In this document: positions 9,911 to 19,394 of the stretch, piece by piece
Position numbering within the stretch: position 1 is the stretch's first letter
Layout of the letters: the number at the start of each line of letters is the position of its first letter
Position numbers and translations under genes: made by a program
The notes under the pieces: generated by a model
Databases searched by the model: none
The model's input: only the letters and a program-made list of their open reading frames with translations
What the model was told of the DNA's origin: nothing
Source: Polyangiales bacterium
GTDB taxonomy: Bacteria; Myxococcota_A; Polyangia; Polyangiales; Polyangiaceae
Reading direction: 5' to 3'
Length of the DNA stretch: 64,000 bases
NCBI GenBank assembly: GCA_038230375.1
Contig: JBBRNJ010000037.1
Location: forward strand, 1-64,000

Positions 9911-9926
9911 TGCAACCGGCGCGCCA
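9911..9926 (-). promoter_or_regulatory. sigma54 -24/-12 promoter candidate TGGCGCGCCGGTTGCA
   Basis: One mismatch to TGGCACG-N4-TTGCW; 34 nt upstream of ATG 9877 on the correct strand. Confidence 0.7.
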
Positions 9927-10002
9927 CCGGGAGGACGAGCGTTTTGCGCGGCGATGTGCGCGGTGTGAACACAAGCTCACGTGCCACCGGCACGGGTTGC
10001 GC

Positions 10003-10017
10003 TGGATCCGTGGCACC
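10003..10017. promoter_or_regulatory. Intergenic 15-mer TGGATCCGTGGCACC (copy 1), candidate activator site
   Basis: Identical 15-mer at 37121-37135; both copies intergenic. Confidence 0.4.
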
Positions 10018-10020
10018 CCG

Positions 10021-12244
10021 CTATTTTCGCGGCGATCTGTCGCGTGACGGTGACACCGATCCGCGCGCGGCTGCGAGTGCCTTCTTCGCCGCGGCCCGCG
10101 CCATCGGGTACTCGCTCTCGAGTGCCGTCTTGACGACGGCGAGCTCGCCCATTCGACCGAGGAGGATGGTCTGCATCGTCGGATTGCTGTCGTTGGCGAC
10201 GGCCTTCTTGAGCACCGGGAGCAGCGACGCGTCGAGATACGGCATGAATCGATCGGCCGCCGACTCCGCCTGCTCGAGGTCGTAGTAAGAGATGTTGAAG
10301 GTGCGGCGCACCATCACCCTTGCCGCGTCGTTGATCGCGGGAGAGGTCGCGAAACGGAGCCACCCGAAGACCTGGTCGGAGTTCTCCTTGCCGACAAAGC
10401 GCAGCACCAGGGCCTCGCGACGCGCACCGCGCAGGCGCTCGACATGTGCGCGGGCGGTCCAGTAGATGTAGTGACGGTTGCAGCCCGTGCGCCATGCGAG
10501 CGCGTCTGCGATCGGATCTTCCTCGCTTCCTGTGTGATCCGCGATCGCCCACGCGGCGCGCACCATGCCGATGGCGCCACGCATGTCGAGCTTCGTGCAC
10601 TTGCGGAGCTCTGCCAGCACCTTCTCCGCGCCGTGGAGGTCGACCAGCGCCTTCGTGAACGTGCGCACGAGCGTGCGATTCCATTCGAAGCCGACCTCGA
10701 CCACGTCCCCCTTCTGATCGAACGCCGCGGCGATCTCGACGCCGTCTTTCCACGCGACCACATCACCCTGGTTCAGATCGTCGGAGCCGTCGTGTCCGTG
10801 CGACCACGTCTGATAGCCCTCGCGCTGGAGCAGCTCCACATACGCGCGCACGCAGGGGTCCACGGTCGACCGGTAGAAATGGGTCTCGCTGCCGGGCTCC
10901 TGGAATGGCTTCTCGCCCAGCGGCGGTGTGGTCGCGCCCGGGAGCATCGTGATCGAGAACGCAGATGCATCGACGCCGGCATCTTGCTCGGCGTAGTAGA
11001 GGAGCTCGATCGCGCGCATGGCGTCGGGCAGCGCGACCTCCTTCGCCAGCCCCTTGCAGAGATCGACCGGCGATCCTTCACCGCCCTCGACGAACGTCAT
11101 CCACCGATCGAAGATCGGCGCGTGCGGACCTTCCGGGATCTTGCGCGCAATCCCGGCAAGGCGACGCAACGCGCGCTCCTCCGTCGGAAAGCCGAGCGTC
11201 CTCAGCACGTCGATGGTGAATCGATCCGCGCTGGGCGTGATCAGCGCGCGAAGCACCTGCTTCTGTGACGCGTCGAGCATGGGTGGCGCCTCTGGTCGCT
11301 CCGCCGGCGCTGGACCAAACACGAACGCGATCAGGCGACCCTTCGCGAGCGCGGCGAGCGAGCCGCTGCACCAGGGCAGCCTGGGCTCGGGTTTGGGCGG
11401 CTCCGCGGTCAGCGCTGCGCTGATCCGTGCGTTGCCGGCGAACGCAGGATAGAACGTGCAAGCGATGGCTGCGACAAAGGCGACCAACGGGGTCGGTCAG
11501 CGCAGCGCCGAGCGCCGTCGGCGCACCAGCTTTCCCGCGCGCACGAACCGCGAGCGAGAGCGCGGCGCTGGCGCGGACGATCGGATCTTGATCGCGCTCG
11601 AAAACCGTCGTGAGCGCGCTCGTATCGGCCGCTGGCTCGTCGTGGATCCATGCGAGCGTGAACGCAGCGACCGCGCGCACCTCCGCCTCTGTGCTCGCAA
11701 GGGCCTGGCGGTAGCTCGGCGCACCAGCAACCCATGCGTCATGCGTACGCGCGCGCGAACGAGCGAGCAGAAAGTCGCCTGACGTCTCGTGCGGCACGAA
11801 TCCGTCATCGATCCAGCGACCGTGGTCGGAGAGCGCCAGGTCGACCATCAAGGTCAACAGCGCCGGACGGGCGACCGCCGCATCCGACGCGAAGAGCTCG
11901 ACGAAGAAAGGCATTGCGAGCCCCGCGACCGGCCATACGAGCCCGTCGCTTCGCATGAGGATCGAGCGGAGCGCCGCGATCGCCTTCGCCCCCGCCTTCG
12001 GAGACGTCGCGAGCGCCTCGAACGCCGCCGCAAAGCCCTTCGCTTGCCCTCCCGAGCGACCTTCCCAATCGATGGCGCGCGCGCGCTCGATGATCGCCTC
12101 GACCATCGACGAGGTCCCCATCGACGCAACCTTCTTGACGGGCGCGTTCTTCGCGGGCGCCTTCTTCGCGGGCGCCTTCTTCGCGGGCGCCTTCTTCGCG
12201 GCCGTCTTCTTCGCTGCTGCCTTCTTTGTTGTCTTCGTTGCCAT
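10021..12244 (-). pseudogene. HEAT/ARM-repeat helical protein with Lys/Ala-rich tail, split by a +1 frameshift at ~11489-11492
   Basis: Frame from ATG 12244 (MATKTTKK...) is protein-like up to AALTDP; protein-like sequence resumes in the 10021..11487 frame (LVAFVAAIA); junction is a C4 run on the minus strand. May be a sequencing error. Confidence 0.7.
12131..12226. repeat. 15-bp tandem repeat (CTTCTTCGCGGGCGC, ~6 copies) encoding KKAPA pentapeptides
   Basis: Units start at 12131, 12146, 12161, 12176, 12191, 12206; central copies identical. Confidence 0.9.
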
Positions 12245-12252
12245 GGCTGTCC

Positions 12253-13179
12253 TCACAAAGTCATCGCCGCACGAATCGACAGGAGCCCTTCTTCGGTCTC
12301 GAGCGATTTTCGATTGGCGCACAACAGCAACGTCCACTCGGCACAGCCTTGCCACGGATAGCAGAGCGCGGCGCCGCCACGGACCGCGCGCTGTGCGCCC
12401 GGAGGTCTCGGGCTTCCGTCTTGGGGCACACCTTCGAGCGTGTCGACCCATCCATCCGCACACACCTCGGCGGTCGCGCCCATGTCCTGGAACCCGAATG
12501 GGTTCGTCCCGGTCGACGGCGACTCCGGGATCGCGTCGCCGTTCGCGAACAGCCGCTCGTCGCCGCCGCGTGCCGCTCGCTCCCACTCCGCCTCGCTCGG
12601 CAGGCGAAGTCCTACCCCATGGAGGGCCGCCTCGACCGGGCCGACGTCTTCGTTCTCGATCTCGCCCGAGCCGCTCTTGTCCAGGTACTTCAGGTACTCC
12701 GCGGCCGGCAGCTTCGCGATCTTCGCGTAGTCCCACGCTTGCTTCCCGCCGCCCTTCGCGGGCTTTGCTCGCTCTTCTGGTGATTCGCGGAGCCACTCCA
12801 GCTGCTTGCCGCCGAGCGGCCGCGATCCAAGCAAGAACGGCGCTGTCGTGATCTGCGTCGCCGGACGCGTGAGATCGCTGTCGACGTACATGTCCGCCAT
12901 GTCCGCATCGTTGTAGAATGCATATATCTCCTGGAGCCGTGCCCTTGCGGCATCGGGCATGCCCATCGTGAAGGCGCCGCCAGGGACGAGCTGCAACAGG
13001 AACCCGGTCGCCCGATGCGCGAACACCGGCAGCCCGAGCTGGCCCGCGTCCACGCGCACGAGCTCGATCGCGTCGGCGCGCGCATCGGCAACCGCAGCCG
13101 CGGCGGCGTTGCGTTCCTTGCTCGTGGCCTTGCGCCAAGCCTCGAGGAGGAGCGACGCGGTGAGCTGCTTCGTGATCAT
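12253..13179 (-). CDS. FGE-sulfatase (SUMF1/EgtB/PvdO-like) domain protein
   Basis: VPGGAFTMG, LRLPSEAEWERAARGG, NPFGFQDM, AVRGG motifs; start taken at MITKQ. Confidence 0.85.
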   Translation of the reverse strand: MITKQLTASLLLEAWRKATSKERNAAAAAVADARADAIELVRVDAGQLGLPVFAHRATGFLLQLVPGGAFTMGMPDAARARLQEIYAFYNDADMADMYVDSDLTRPATQITTAPFLLGSRPLGGKQLEWLRESPEERAKPAKGGGKQAWDYAKIAKLPAAEYLKYLDKSGSGEIENEDVGPVEAALHGVGLRLPSEAEWERAARGGDERLFANGDAIPESPSTGTNPFGFQDMGATAEVCADGWVDTLEGVPQDGSPRPPGAQRAVRGGAALCYPWQGCAEWTLLLCANRKSLETEEGLLSIRAAMTL

Positions 13180-13240
13180 GCAGCGAGGATTCAACAGTGG
13201 ACACGCCACGTCAACGGGGGGAGTGGCCCTCCCGACGAAC

Positions 13241-13636
13241 TCAGCCGCCGTCGCCAGCGTCGTCACATGCGCCTGATGTGCAGTGTCCGTTGCCCAGATC
13301 ACAGAACGGAAACGGCGCATGACAAGGAGCGCCCGGCGGGCAGCAATCCACCATCCCGTTCGTGCAGCTCAGAGGAGTGCCATTGCCGCAATAGCCCTGC
13401 GCGGTGCTCGCATCGCCGGCGACGTCAGCGTCGGTCGTGACGTCGCCGTCCGCTCCTGCATCACCAGCGACGACGCATGCGCCGGACGCGCAGGTGACGC
13501 TCCCGTCGCCACTGCCTGCATCGGTGCCCGTGCCTCCGTCGGTGCCCGCGCCTCCAGCCGGCGCCGTGGTTCCGCACGCGCAGAGGAGCGCCAGGCCAAC
13601 AGTGATGACGCACCCGAGCTGAAGATGTCGCCTCAT
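13241..13636 (-). CDS. Small Cys-rich lipoprotein
   Basis: Lipobox CAC; DAG/DGG linker; clustered Cys at the C-terminus. Confidence 0.75.
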   Translation of the reverse strand: MRRHLQLGCVITVGLALLCACGTTAPAGGAGTDGGTGTDAGSGDGSVTCASGACVVAGDAGADGDVTTDADVAGDASTAQGYCGNGTPLSCTNGMVDCCPPGAPCHAPFPFCDLGNGHCTSGACDDAGDGG

Positions 13637-13724
13637 GCCCGGAGCGTAGCAGACGGCAATGAAGATCTTGCCGGGGCGCGAGCGCCCGCTTGACCTTTCT
13701 CGGCGCCATGGCGCGAAGTAGGTG

Positions 13725-13740
13725 TGGCCGGATACTTGCG
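13725..13740 (+). promoter_or_regulatory. sigma54 promoter candidate TGGCCGGATACTTGCG
   Basis: TGGC...TTGC with GG-N10-GC spacing, 55 nt upstream of ATG 13795. Confidence 0.45.
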
Positions 13741-13794
13741 GATATTCGAGGGCCCCGGGTGTGCACGACGGCGAACGTCGCCTAGGCTTGATCG

Positions 13795-14958
13795 ATGCGG
13801 CCCCGACTCATCCTCCTCATGCGTGACATCGTTCGTGTCGTGCTTCCGATCGCTGGCGTTGGCGCAGCAGCAGCCGGGACGGCGGCGTGCATCTTCAGCA
13901 ACGCCCCGCAGTGCGGCGGCGGGGGAGGAGGACCCGTGACCGAGCAGGTCACGATGGTCGCCTATAACCCCGTCTGCAACGAGATCACGCCGAACATGGG
14001 AGCTGGTGATGCCGAAGCTGGCGACGGTGGCAACAGCACCATCGTGGATGCGGCCCTGGACGCAGCGCAGGAGCCTATGGACGCCAGTACGGGCGACAGC
14101 GACGCCGCGAGCGCCATCGATGCGGCCATGATTGACGGTGGCTGCGTCCTCCCCGACCCGTCGGCGACATCGGTCTCGCTCGACGCCTGCCAGCAGTACT
14201 TCTGCAGAGACCTTCGAAATGGAAGTATCACGGGTTGCAGCGTGGCCGGACAGGACGGCGGAGCGACCATCTACGAGTGTCACTACTTTCCGGGGCCGTC
14301 TGCCTCCTGCGGGCGCCGGCCGGCTGGCTGCGGCCTCCACACTGCCGACAGCACGACGTCCATCGCGGCGTACCTTGTTCATTGCGCGCGGCTCGAGGCG
14401 GTTTCCGTGGACGCATTCGCAATCATGGCGGCGGAGCTCCGCGCTCACGGCGCGCCAGCCGCGCTGGTCCGCGCAGCGCTCCGTGCCGAGCGCGACGAGG
14501 TCCGTCACGCAAGGACGCTGTCCGCCCTCGCCGCGCAGTATGGCGGCAAGGTCCCCATGGACTCCGTCCGGCGAGGGCCGGTGCGCTCGCTCGTAGACAT
14601 CGCGCTCGAGAACGCGATCGAGGGCTGTGTGCGCGAGACCTACGGCGCGCTTGTGGCCACATACCAGGCAGAGGCCGCACGTGATCCGCGTGTGGGAGCG
14701 GCCATGCGCCGGATCGCCGTTGACGAAGCGCGGCACGCGGAGCTCGCGCATGACGTACACGCGTGGATCTGTGGGCAGCTCACGCAAGCCGAACACGCGC
14801 ACGTGCTCGTGGCAATGGCCGAAGCCATCGCGGCGCTGAACGTTGATGGCGCCTCCGCCGCGCCCGAGATGACCCGCGTCCTCGGCCTCCCGACAGCGGA
14901 CGTCAGCCGTGAGCTGCTCCGCCATCTGGACTCCGCCATCTGGAGCGCGGCCGCGTAG
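13795..14958 (+). CDS. Lipoprotein with C-terminal ferritin-like (diiron carboxylate) domain
   Basis: Lipobox TAAC; GRRPAG; LEAVSVDAF; DEVRHA; NAIEGCVRET; DEARHA. Confidence 0.85.
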   Translation: MRPRLILLMRDIVRVVLPIAGVGAAAAGTAACIFSNAPQCGGGGGGPVTEQVTMVAYNPVCNEITPNMGAGDAEAGDGGNSTIVDAALDAAQEPMDASTGDSDAASAIDAAMIDGGCVLPDPSATSVSLDACQQYFCRDLRNGSITGCSVAGQDGGATIYECHYFPGPSASCGRRPAGCGLHTADSTTSIAAYLVHCARLEAVSVDAFAIMAAELRAHGAPAALVRAALRAERDEVRHARTLSALAAQYGGKVPMDSVRRGPVRSLVDIALENAIEGCVRETYGALVATYQAEAARDPRVGAAMRRIAVDEARHAELAHDVHAWICGQLTQAEHAHVLVAMAEAIAALNVDGASAAPEMTRVLGLPTADVSRELLRHLDSAIWSAAA

Positions 14959-15080
14959 AGCAGTTGTAGAATGCATGCAACGTCATCGGTGCTGTGATGC
15001 GCCGCTTCCTCGCCGGCGTGCGTCCACTGATGGATGGCCACGCTGACGGAGAAATGACTGCAGGATGGTTGGTCTTTTCG

Positions 15081-15746
15081 ATGCTGCGGTCGTACGTCCA
15101 GAGGGTGACGCAAGAGGTCTCCGCATTCTCCGCAGCCACCGCCGCGCCTCGCCCCGCGAATGTGGCCCGAACTGTGTTTCACGTTGGCTCTGGCGCGGTC
15201 GCGTTGACGTTCGTGCGGATCTTGCCGTCGCGTGGCTGGCTCATGGCCGCGGCCGGTGCGTTCGCCGTCTTCGCGTGGACGTGCGAGGCACTGCGTCGGA
15301 AGAGCCCCGCGATCAACGCGCGTCTGATGCGCTTCTTCGGGCCGGTCGCGCATGCGCACGAGTGGCGACAGGTCAACTCCGCCACGTGGTACGCGACGGC
15401 GCTCCTGCTGATGTCACTGGTCGTGCCGTCGTCGGCCGGGGAGCTCGGCGTTGTGGTGCTCGCCACGGCCGATCCCGCGGCGGGCTTCTTCGGGCGACGC
15501 TTCGGCAAGCGGCGCCTCGCCTCCGGGCGCTCGCTGGAGGGCGCGCTGGTGTTCGCGATCACGGGGTCGCTCGCCGCATTTCTCTGGATGACCGCGACGG
15601 GCACGTACCAAGGCTCGCACGTCTTTCTTGCGCTCGTGGCGGGAGTCGTCGGTGCGGCGGTGGAGCTGCTGGTCTCCCGCGTGGACGACAATCTGGCCAT
15701 CCCGCTCGGTACGTCGCTGGCCGTCGGCCTTGCCTCCATGCTCTGA
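15081..15746 (+). CDS. Dolichol/phytol kinase-like (SEC59/DGK1/VTE5 family) membrane protein
   Basis: RTVFH, ADPAAGFFGRRFGK, RSLEG and DDNLAIP motifs; multiple TM helices; start uncertain (14994-15081). Confidence 0.85.
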   Translation: MLRSYVQRVTQEVSAFSAATAAPRPANVARTVFHVGSGAVALTFVRILPSRGWLMAAAGAFAVFAWTCEALRRKSPAINARLMRFFGPVAHAHEWRQVNSATWYATALLLMSLVVPSSAGELGVVVLATADPAAGFFGRRFGKRRLASGRSLEGALVFAITGSLAAFLWMTATGTYQGSHVFLALVAGVVGAAVELLVSRVDDNLAIPLGTSLAVGLASML

Positions 15747-15814
15747 CAGGCGCAGGTCCACTGCATGACCTCGTTCATGGGTCGAGGGTGAATTTCCAGG
15801 ATACGCTCTGCGAC

Positions 15815-17188
15815 ATGAGGCGCGCTTCGATCCTGGTTGCGTGCTCGCTGCTCCTCCCGTCGGCCGTGACGCTGGTGGCGAGCTGCAAGCGCTACGGGAA
15901 AGATGCGCGTGCGCGGGAGATGCCCGTGGCTTCCGCCGTGGACGACGGCCTGGAGTCGCGGTTTCGTTTGCGCGAGATGTCGCTCGGCGGGTGTGCCGTT
16001 GCCGCATGCGCCAGGTTGGTCGCGACCGACGCGGAGACCGGGAATCAGATCGTCGTGAGCGGCCTCGAGATGCCCGAGCACGCGCCGAACGCGGAGGCAC
16101 TGCGCGCGCGCGCCCTCGGGGGCGAGCTGCTCGTGGTCGGCGCGGTCAACCAACGCTTCCGCGCGGATACGATCCAGGGCAAATCTACGCCTCCCGATGC
16201 AGGCGCAAACGATCGCCTCTTCTATGCGCGCGACACCGTGAGCCCCACGTCCGGCGATGCGGAGAAACCGACCCCCCTCGCCCTTTACAGCTGCCCGGGT
16301 ACGCCGCAGTCGACGGTGAAGATCGTCCTCGACGGACCGGATGTCTACTTCGCCGGTTGCGACTTCATCCAGCGCGTCCCGAAGGCTGGTGGCCAGGCCA
16401 TGGTCGTCGCGGAGGAGCCGATGGTCCGGGACTTCGTGGTCGACGACGCCTTCGTCTACTGGTGGTCATTTCGTGCGTTCGGTCTCGTGAAGACACCGAA
16501 GGATGGTGGACCGATGGTCGTGCTCGCGCCGGCTTCGGGGCCCCACCATCTCGTGCTCGATGGCTCGGATCTGTACTATCTGCGCGGCGTCTATCAGAAG
16601 GACACGACCGAGATCGTGCGACAAAAGAAGACCGGTGGCGATGTGTTCGTGATCGCGAGCACCGATGACTTCGTCTCGGAGCTGGCCGTGGATGCGACCA
16701 ACGTCTACGTGCAGGTGACGACCCGGGCGGGCACCGTGCAATCGATCGCGAGCGTGAAGAAGTCGGGTGGCCCGCTCACCACCGTCGTCACGGCAGGCAA
16801 GGGAGGCGATCCCACCCTCGTGAATCCAACGTCACTGCATGTGTCAGGTGACCGGCTCTACTGGACGAGCGCGAGTGGAATGAGTCCGATCGCGAGTGCT
16901 CCGAAGCGTGGCGGATCCATCAACTCTCAGGTCTACCTCGACAACACGCTGGCTGACGCGTTGGCGATCGCCGGTGACGACCTCTACGCCACGAGCTACG
17001 ACCACCGCGCCTTTCGCGCAACTAAGGACGGCCCCACGATCCACTTTCTCCAACGCAGCGCCAGCGCGGGGCCGACGGGAACGCACACGCGTTCGGACAT
17101 CGCAGTGGATGACAAGTACATCTACTGGATGCAGCCGCTGGCGCCGGCGTCCCTGAGCCTGGACGTCCTCACACGCCAGCCGCGCTGA
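15815..17188 (+). CDS. Lipoprotein with C-terminal beta-propeller (VDD..VYW / PKxGG repeats)
   Basis: Lipobox VASC; repeats LDGPDVYF, VDDAFVYW, LDGSDLYY, VDATNVYV, VSGDRLYW, VDDKYIYW. Confidence 0.8.
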   Translation: MRRASILVACSLLLPSAVTLVASCKRYGKDARAREMPVASAVDDGLESRFRLREMSLGGCAVAACARLVATDAETGNQIVVSGLEMPEHAPNAEALRARALGGELLVVGAVNQRFRADTIQGKSTPPDAGANDRLFYARDTVSPTSGDAEKPTPLALYSCPGTPQSTVKIVLDGPDVYFAGCDFIQRVPKAGGQAMVVAEEPMVRDFVVDDAFVYWWSFRAFGLVKTPKDGGPMVVLAPASGPHHLVLDGSDLYYLRGVYQKDTTEIVRQKKTGGDVFVIASTDDFVSELAVDATNVYVQVTTRAGTVQSIASVKKSGGPLTTVVTAGKGGDPTLVNPTSLHVSGDRLYWTSASGMSPIASAPKRGGSINSQVYLDNTLADALAIAGDDLYATSYDHRAFRATKDGPTIHFLQRSASAGPTGTHTRSDIAVDDKYIYWMQPLAPASLSLDVLTRQPR

Positions 17189-17209
17189 CCGCGTCGCGGG
17201 CACGACGAT

Positions 17210-17764
17210 TCATGTGGGCTTGCCTGCCGCAAGACGGCGATCGAAGTCGGCGAGCGCGTCGATGGGGTCGTTCAGCTCCTCGGCCTGCGCATCGATCGTG
17301 GTCTGGGTCTGGGCCGGCGCGCTCGCTCCGGCGCGTATGCGGACGCGGGGCATGGCGAGCTGCGTGCCGAGCCCTGCCAGCGCATAGGCATCATCGAGCG
17401 CGCCTCGCACACGCCATGCCCGACGCTGATGGCGCCGCACGAACGAGACGACGAACCACGCCCAGAGGAGACCCAGGAGCACAACGGGAACGAGCCGCAC
17501 GTGGTGCGCGTGCGACAGCCGCACGACCATGAAGATCGTCATCAACGCCGCGAAGAGCCCGTGGACCCGAAGCCGCGCCCGCGACCGCCACGCACGGATC
17601 CGCGCGCGAAACAGCGCCCGCGTGGCGACCTGCTCGGCGACGTCATCGCGAAAGGAGGCGCTTTCGGGGAGGCGCGGGCCGCCGCATGCAGGGCACGCGA
17701 GGCGAAACACGCGGTCATCGACGGCAGGGCGATCCGAACCGCAGTGAGTGCATCTCGTCGGCAT
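17210..17764 (-). CDS. Zn-ribbon membrane protein
   Basis: CxxC...CxxC at the N-terminus followed by two hydrophobic helices. Confidence 0.65.
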   Translation of the reverse strand: MPTRCTHCGSDRPAVDDRVFRLACPACGGPRLPESASFRDDVAEQVATRALFRARIRAWRSRARLRVHGLFAALMTIFMVVRLSHAHHVRLVPVVLLGLLWAWFVVSFVRRHQRRAWRVRGALDDAYALAGLGTQLAMPRVRIRAGASAPAQTQTTIDAQAEELNDPIDALADFDRRLAAGKPT

Positions 17765-17833
17765 GCTGGAAACCTAGCCCCGCGGGCCTGCGTCGTCGCG
17801 GTCCCGCTTCGTCAAGTTTTGCAAAGGCTCGGG

Positions 17834-19093
17834 TCAGAGGGTGTGCAGGTACGCGAGAAGCCCATCGCGCGCCGCGGTGTCGAGCTCCAGCCCGTACTCG
17901 TGCCCCCTCACCTTCCGCCCGGGATCAAAGAGCGCATCGATGCTCCCGATGGTGCCGTCGTGGAGGAGCGGCTCGCGCGTTGCGACGCCGCGCAGCGAGG
18001 GGACACGGTAGGTGCCAGTGCCCCGATCGCGCGACCGCCCGACGGTGCCGTCCGTTCCGATCACGGCGAGCGGCACGGGCGGGCCGCTGAACGACGGCGG
18101 AGCGTGACAGCTCCTGCACTGCGCGTTGAAGGTGGTGCGACCGCGCTGCTCGGCGTCGTTCGTGGGCTCCTTCATCGGCAGCGCGTCGCCAAGAGACCAG
18201 AGGTAGAGCGCGAGCCCGAGCGCGACCTCCCGCGGCGGCCTGGTGGTCTCCCGGCTCGACACGATGATGAGCGTCTCGATCCGGATGGCGAGCGCGGTCA
18301 CGTCGCGCTGGGACAGCGTGGCGTCCTGATGCAGGTGAGACAGAAACTGGACCGGGCGCAGATCGGGGATGCGCATGGGCTCGTCCCCGCGGGTCGTGGT
18401 CACATCCATGCGACCCCGTCCCCATTCACGCAGATGCTCGATGCGGCGCGCGTCCCCGTCGACAGAGCCGCCATCGATGTACATGCGCCCGAGATCGAGG
18501 CGATTGTTTCCGACACCCACGATGAGTCCGCGTGTGGCGTCTCCCGGATCCAGGCGCGCGTGACAGGTGGAGCACGTGACGAATGGCTCGCTCTGGCCGA
18601 CAGGGCGTGCGACGCGCACCAGCCCGCCCACGCCGCGGCGCGCGTCGGACCACAGTCCGTAGCTGTTCTCGGTGTCGGCCGACGTGAGCGCCACGCGCGC
18701 GCTGGGCGTCACCTGCACCGGATAGCGGAAGAACGCCTCTTCTCCGAGCGCACGCAGCGCGACGGCGGATCCGCGACGCGCGGCGAGGTCGATCGCGAGC
18801 GCGCTCGCTTGCTGACCTGCGTGCGGAAGATCGGACCGCGTGATCGGCGACACCTCCGGATTCCATTCCGGCAGCGCATCCCAGTCACCAGGTCCATCCG
18901 CGCGTGCGTAGTGGGCAAGGCGCAGGCGCGAGTAGTCGTTGCTCGGGTTCACGAGCGATGCCTCGAGGGCGGCCCGTCGATAGCGCGCGCTCGTGAGATA
19001 CGACGCCTCAGCCGGGCCTTCGACCGGGCGTGTAGCAGCGCAGGCGCCAAGGACAACGATCGAAAGGAGCTGAGGCCATTGGCGAACGAACAC
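17834..19093 (-). CDS. Di-heme c-type cytochrome (cytochrome c peroxidase/RoxA-like C-terminus), probable lipoprotein
   Basis: CSTCH and CRSCH heme motifs; YRVPSLRGV...PLLHDG; lipobox LGAC; GTG start with AGGA RBS (alternative start 19126). Confidence 0.8.
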   Translation of the reverse strand: MFVRQWPQLLSIVVLGACAATRPVEGPAEASYLTSARYRRAALEASLVNPSNDYSRLRLAHYARADGPGDWDALPEWNPEVSPITRSDLPHAGQQASALAIDLAARRGSAVALRALGEEAFFRYPVQVTPSARVALTSADTENSYGLWSDARRGVGGLVRVARPVGQSEPFVTCSTCHARLDPGDATRGLIVGVGNNRLDLGRMYIDGGSVDGDARRIEHLREWGRGRMDVTTTRGDEPMRIPDLRPVQFLSHLHQDATLSQRDVTALAIRIETLIIVSSRETTRPPREVALGLALYLWSLGDALPMKEPTNDAEQRGRTTFNAQCRSCHAPPSFSGPPVPLAVIGTDGTVGRSRDRGTGTYRVPSLRGVATREPLLHDGTIGSIDALFDPGRKVRGHEYGLELDTAARDGLLAYLHTL

Positions 19094-19353
19094 GTATTTC
19101 CTGTCCTCGTCATGGGTAGCGTACATTCTGGCGATGAGCGAAACACAGCGGATTCACCGCATCGCCAGCCACGCGGTCGCGCTGCTCGTCGTGCTCATGG
19201 GCCTGTCGCCTGGTGCCGCCGGTTCCCGCGGGCTGAACGCGTGCAGTCTACATGCGCACGCGGCATCGACGCGGCTTCGCACCCCGCCGTGACTCGCCGT
19301 TCACGCGATGACGACCGAGCCCCATTCTGCGCGGCTTTTCGGTGTAGCCGTCG

Positions 19354-19369
19354 CGGCACGGCTCGTGCT
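19354..19369 (+). promoter_or_regulatory. sigma54 promoter candidate CGGCACGGCTCGTGCT
   Basis: GGCACG-N4-GTGCT, 26 nt upstream of ATG 19395 and its GGAGG RBS. Confidence 0.45.
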
Positions 19370-19394
19370 GTTGTTGGCCCCTCTGGAGGCAACC

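Noticed and set aside
12131..12226. Tandem repeat as a CRISPR array
   Set aside because: Contiguous 15-bp units with no spacers, in frame within a CDS, and no cas genes in the window
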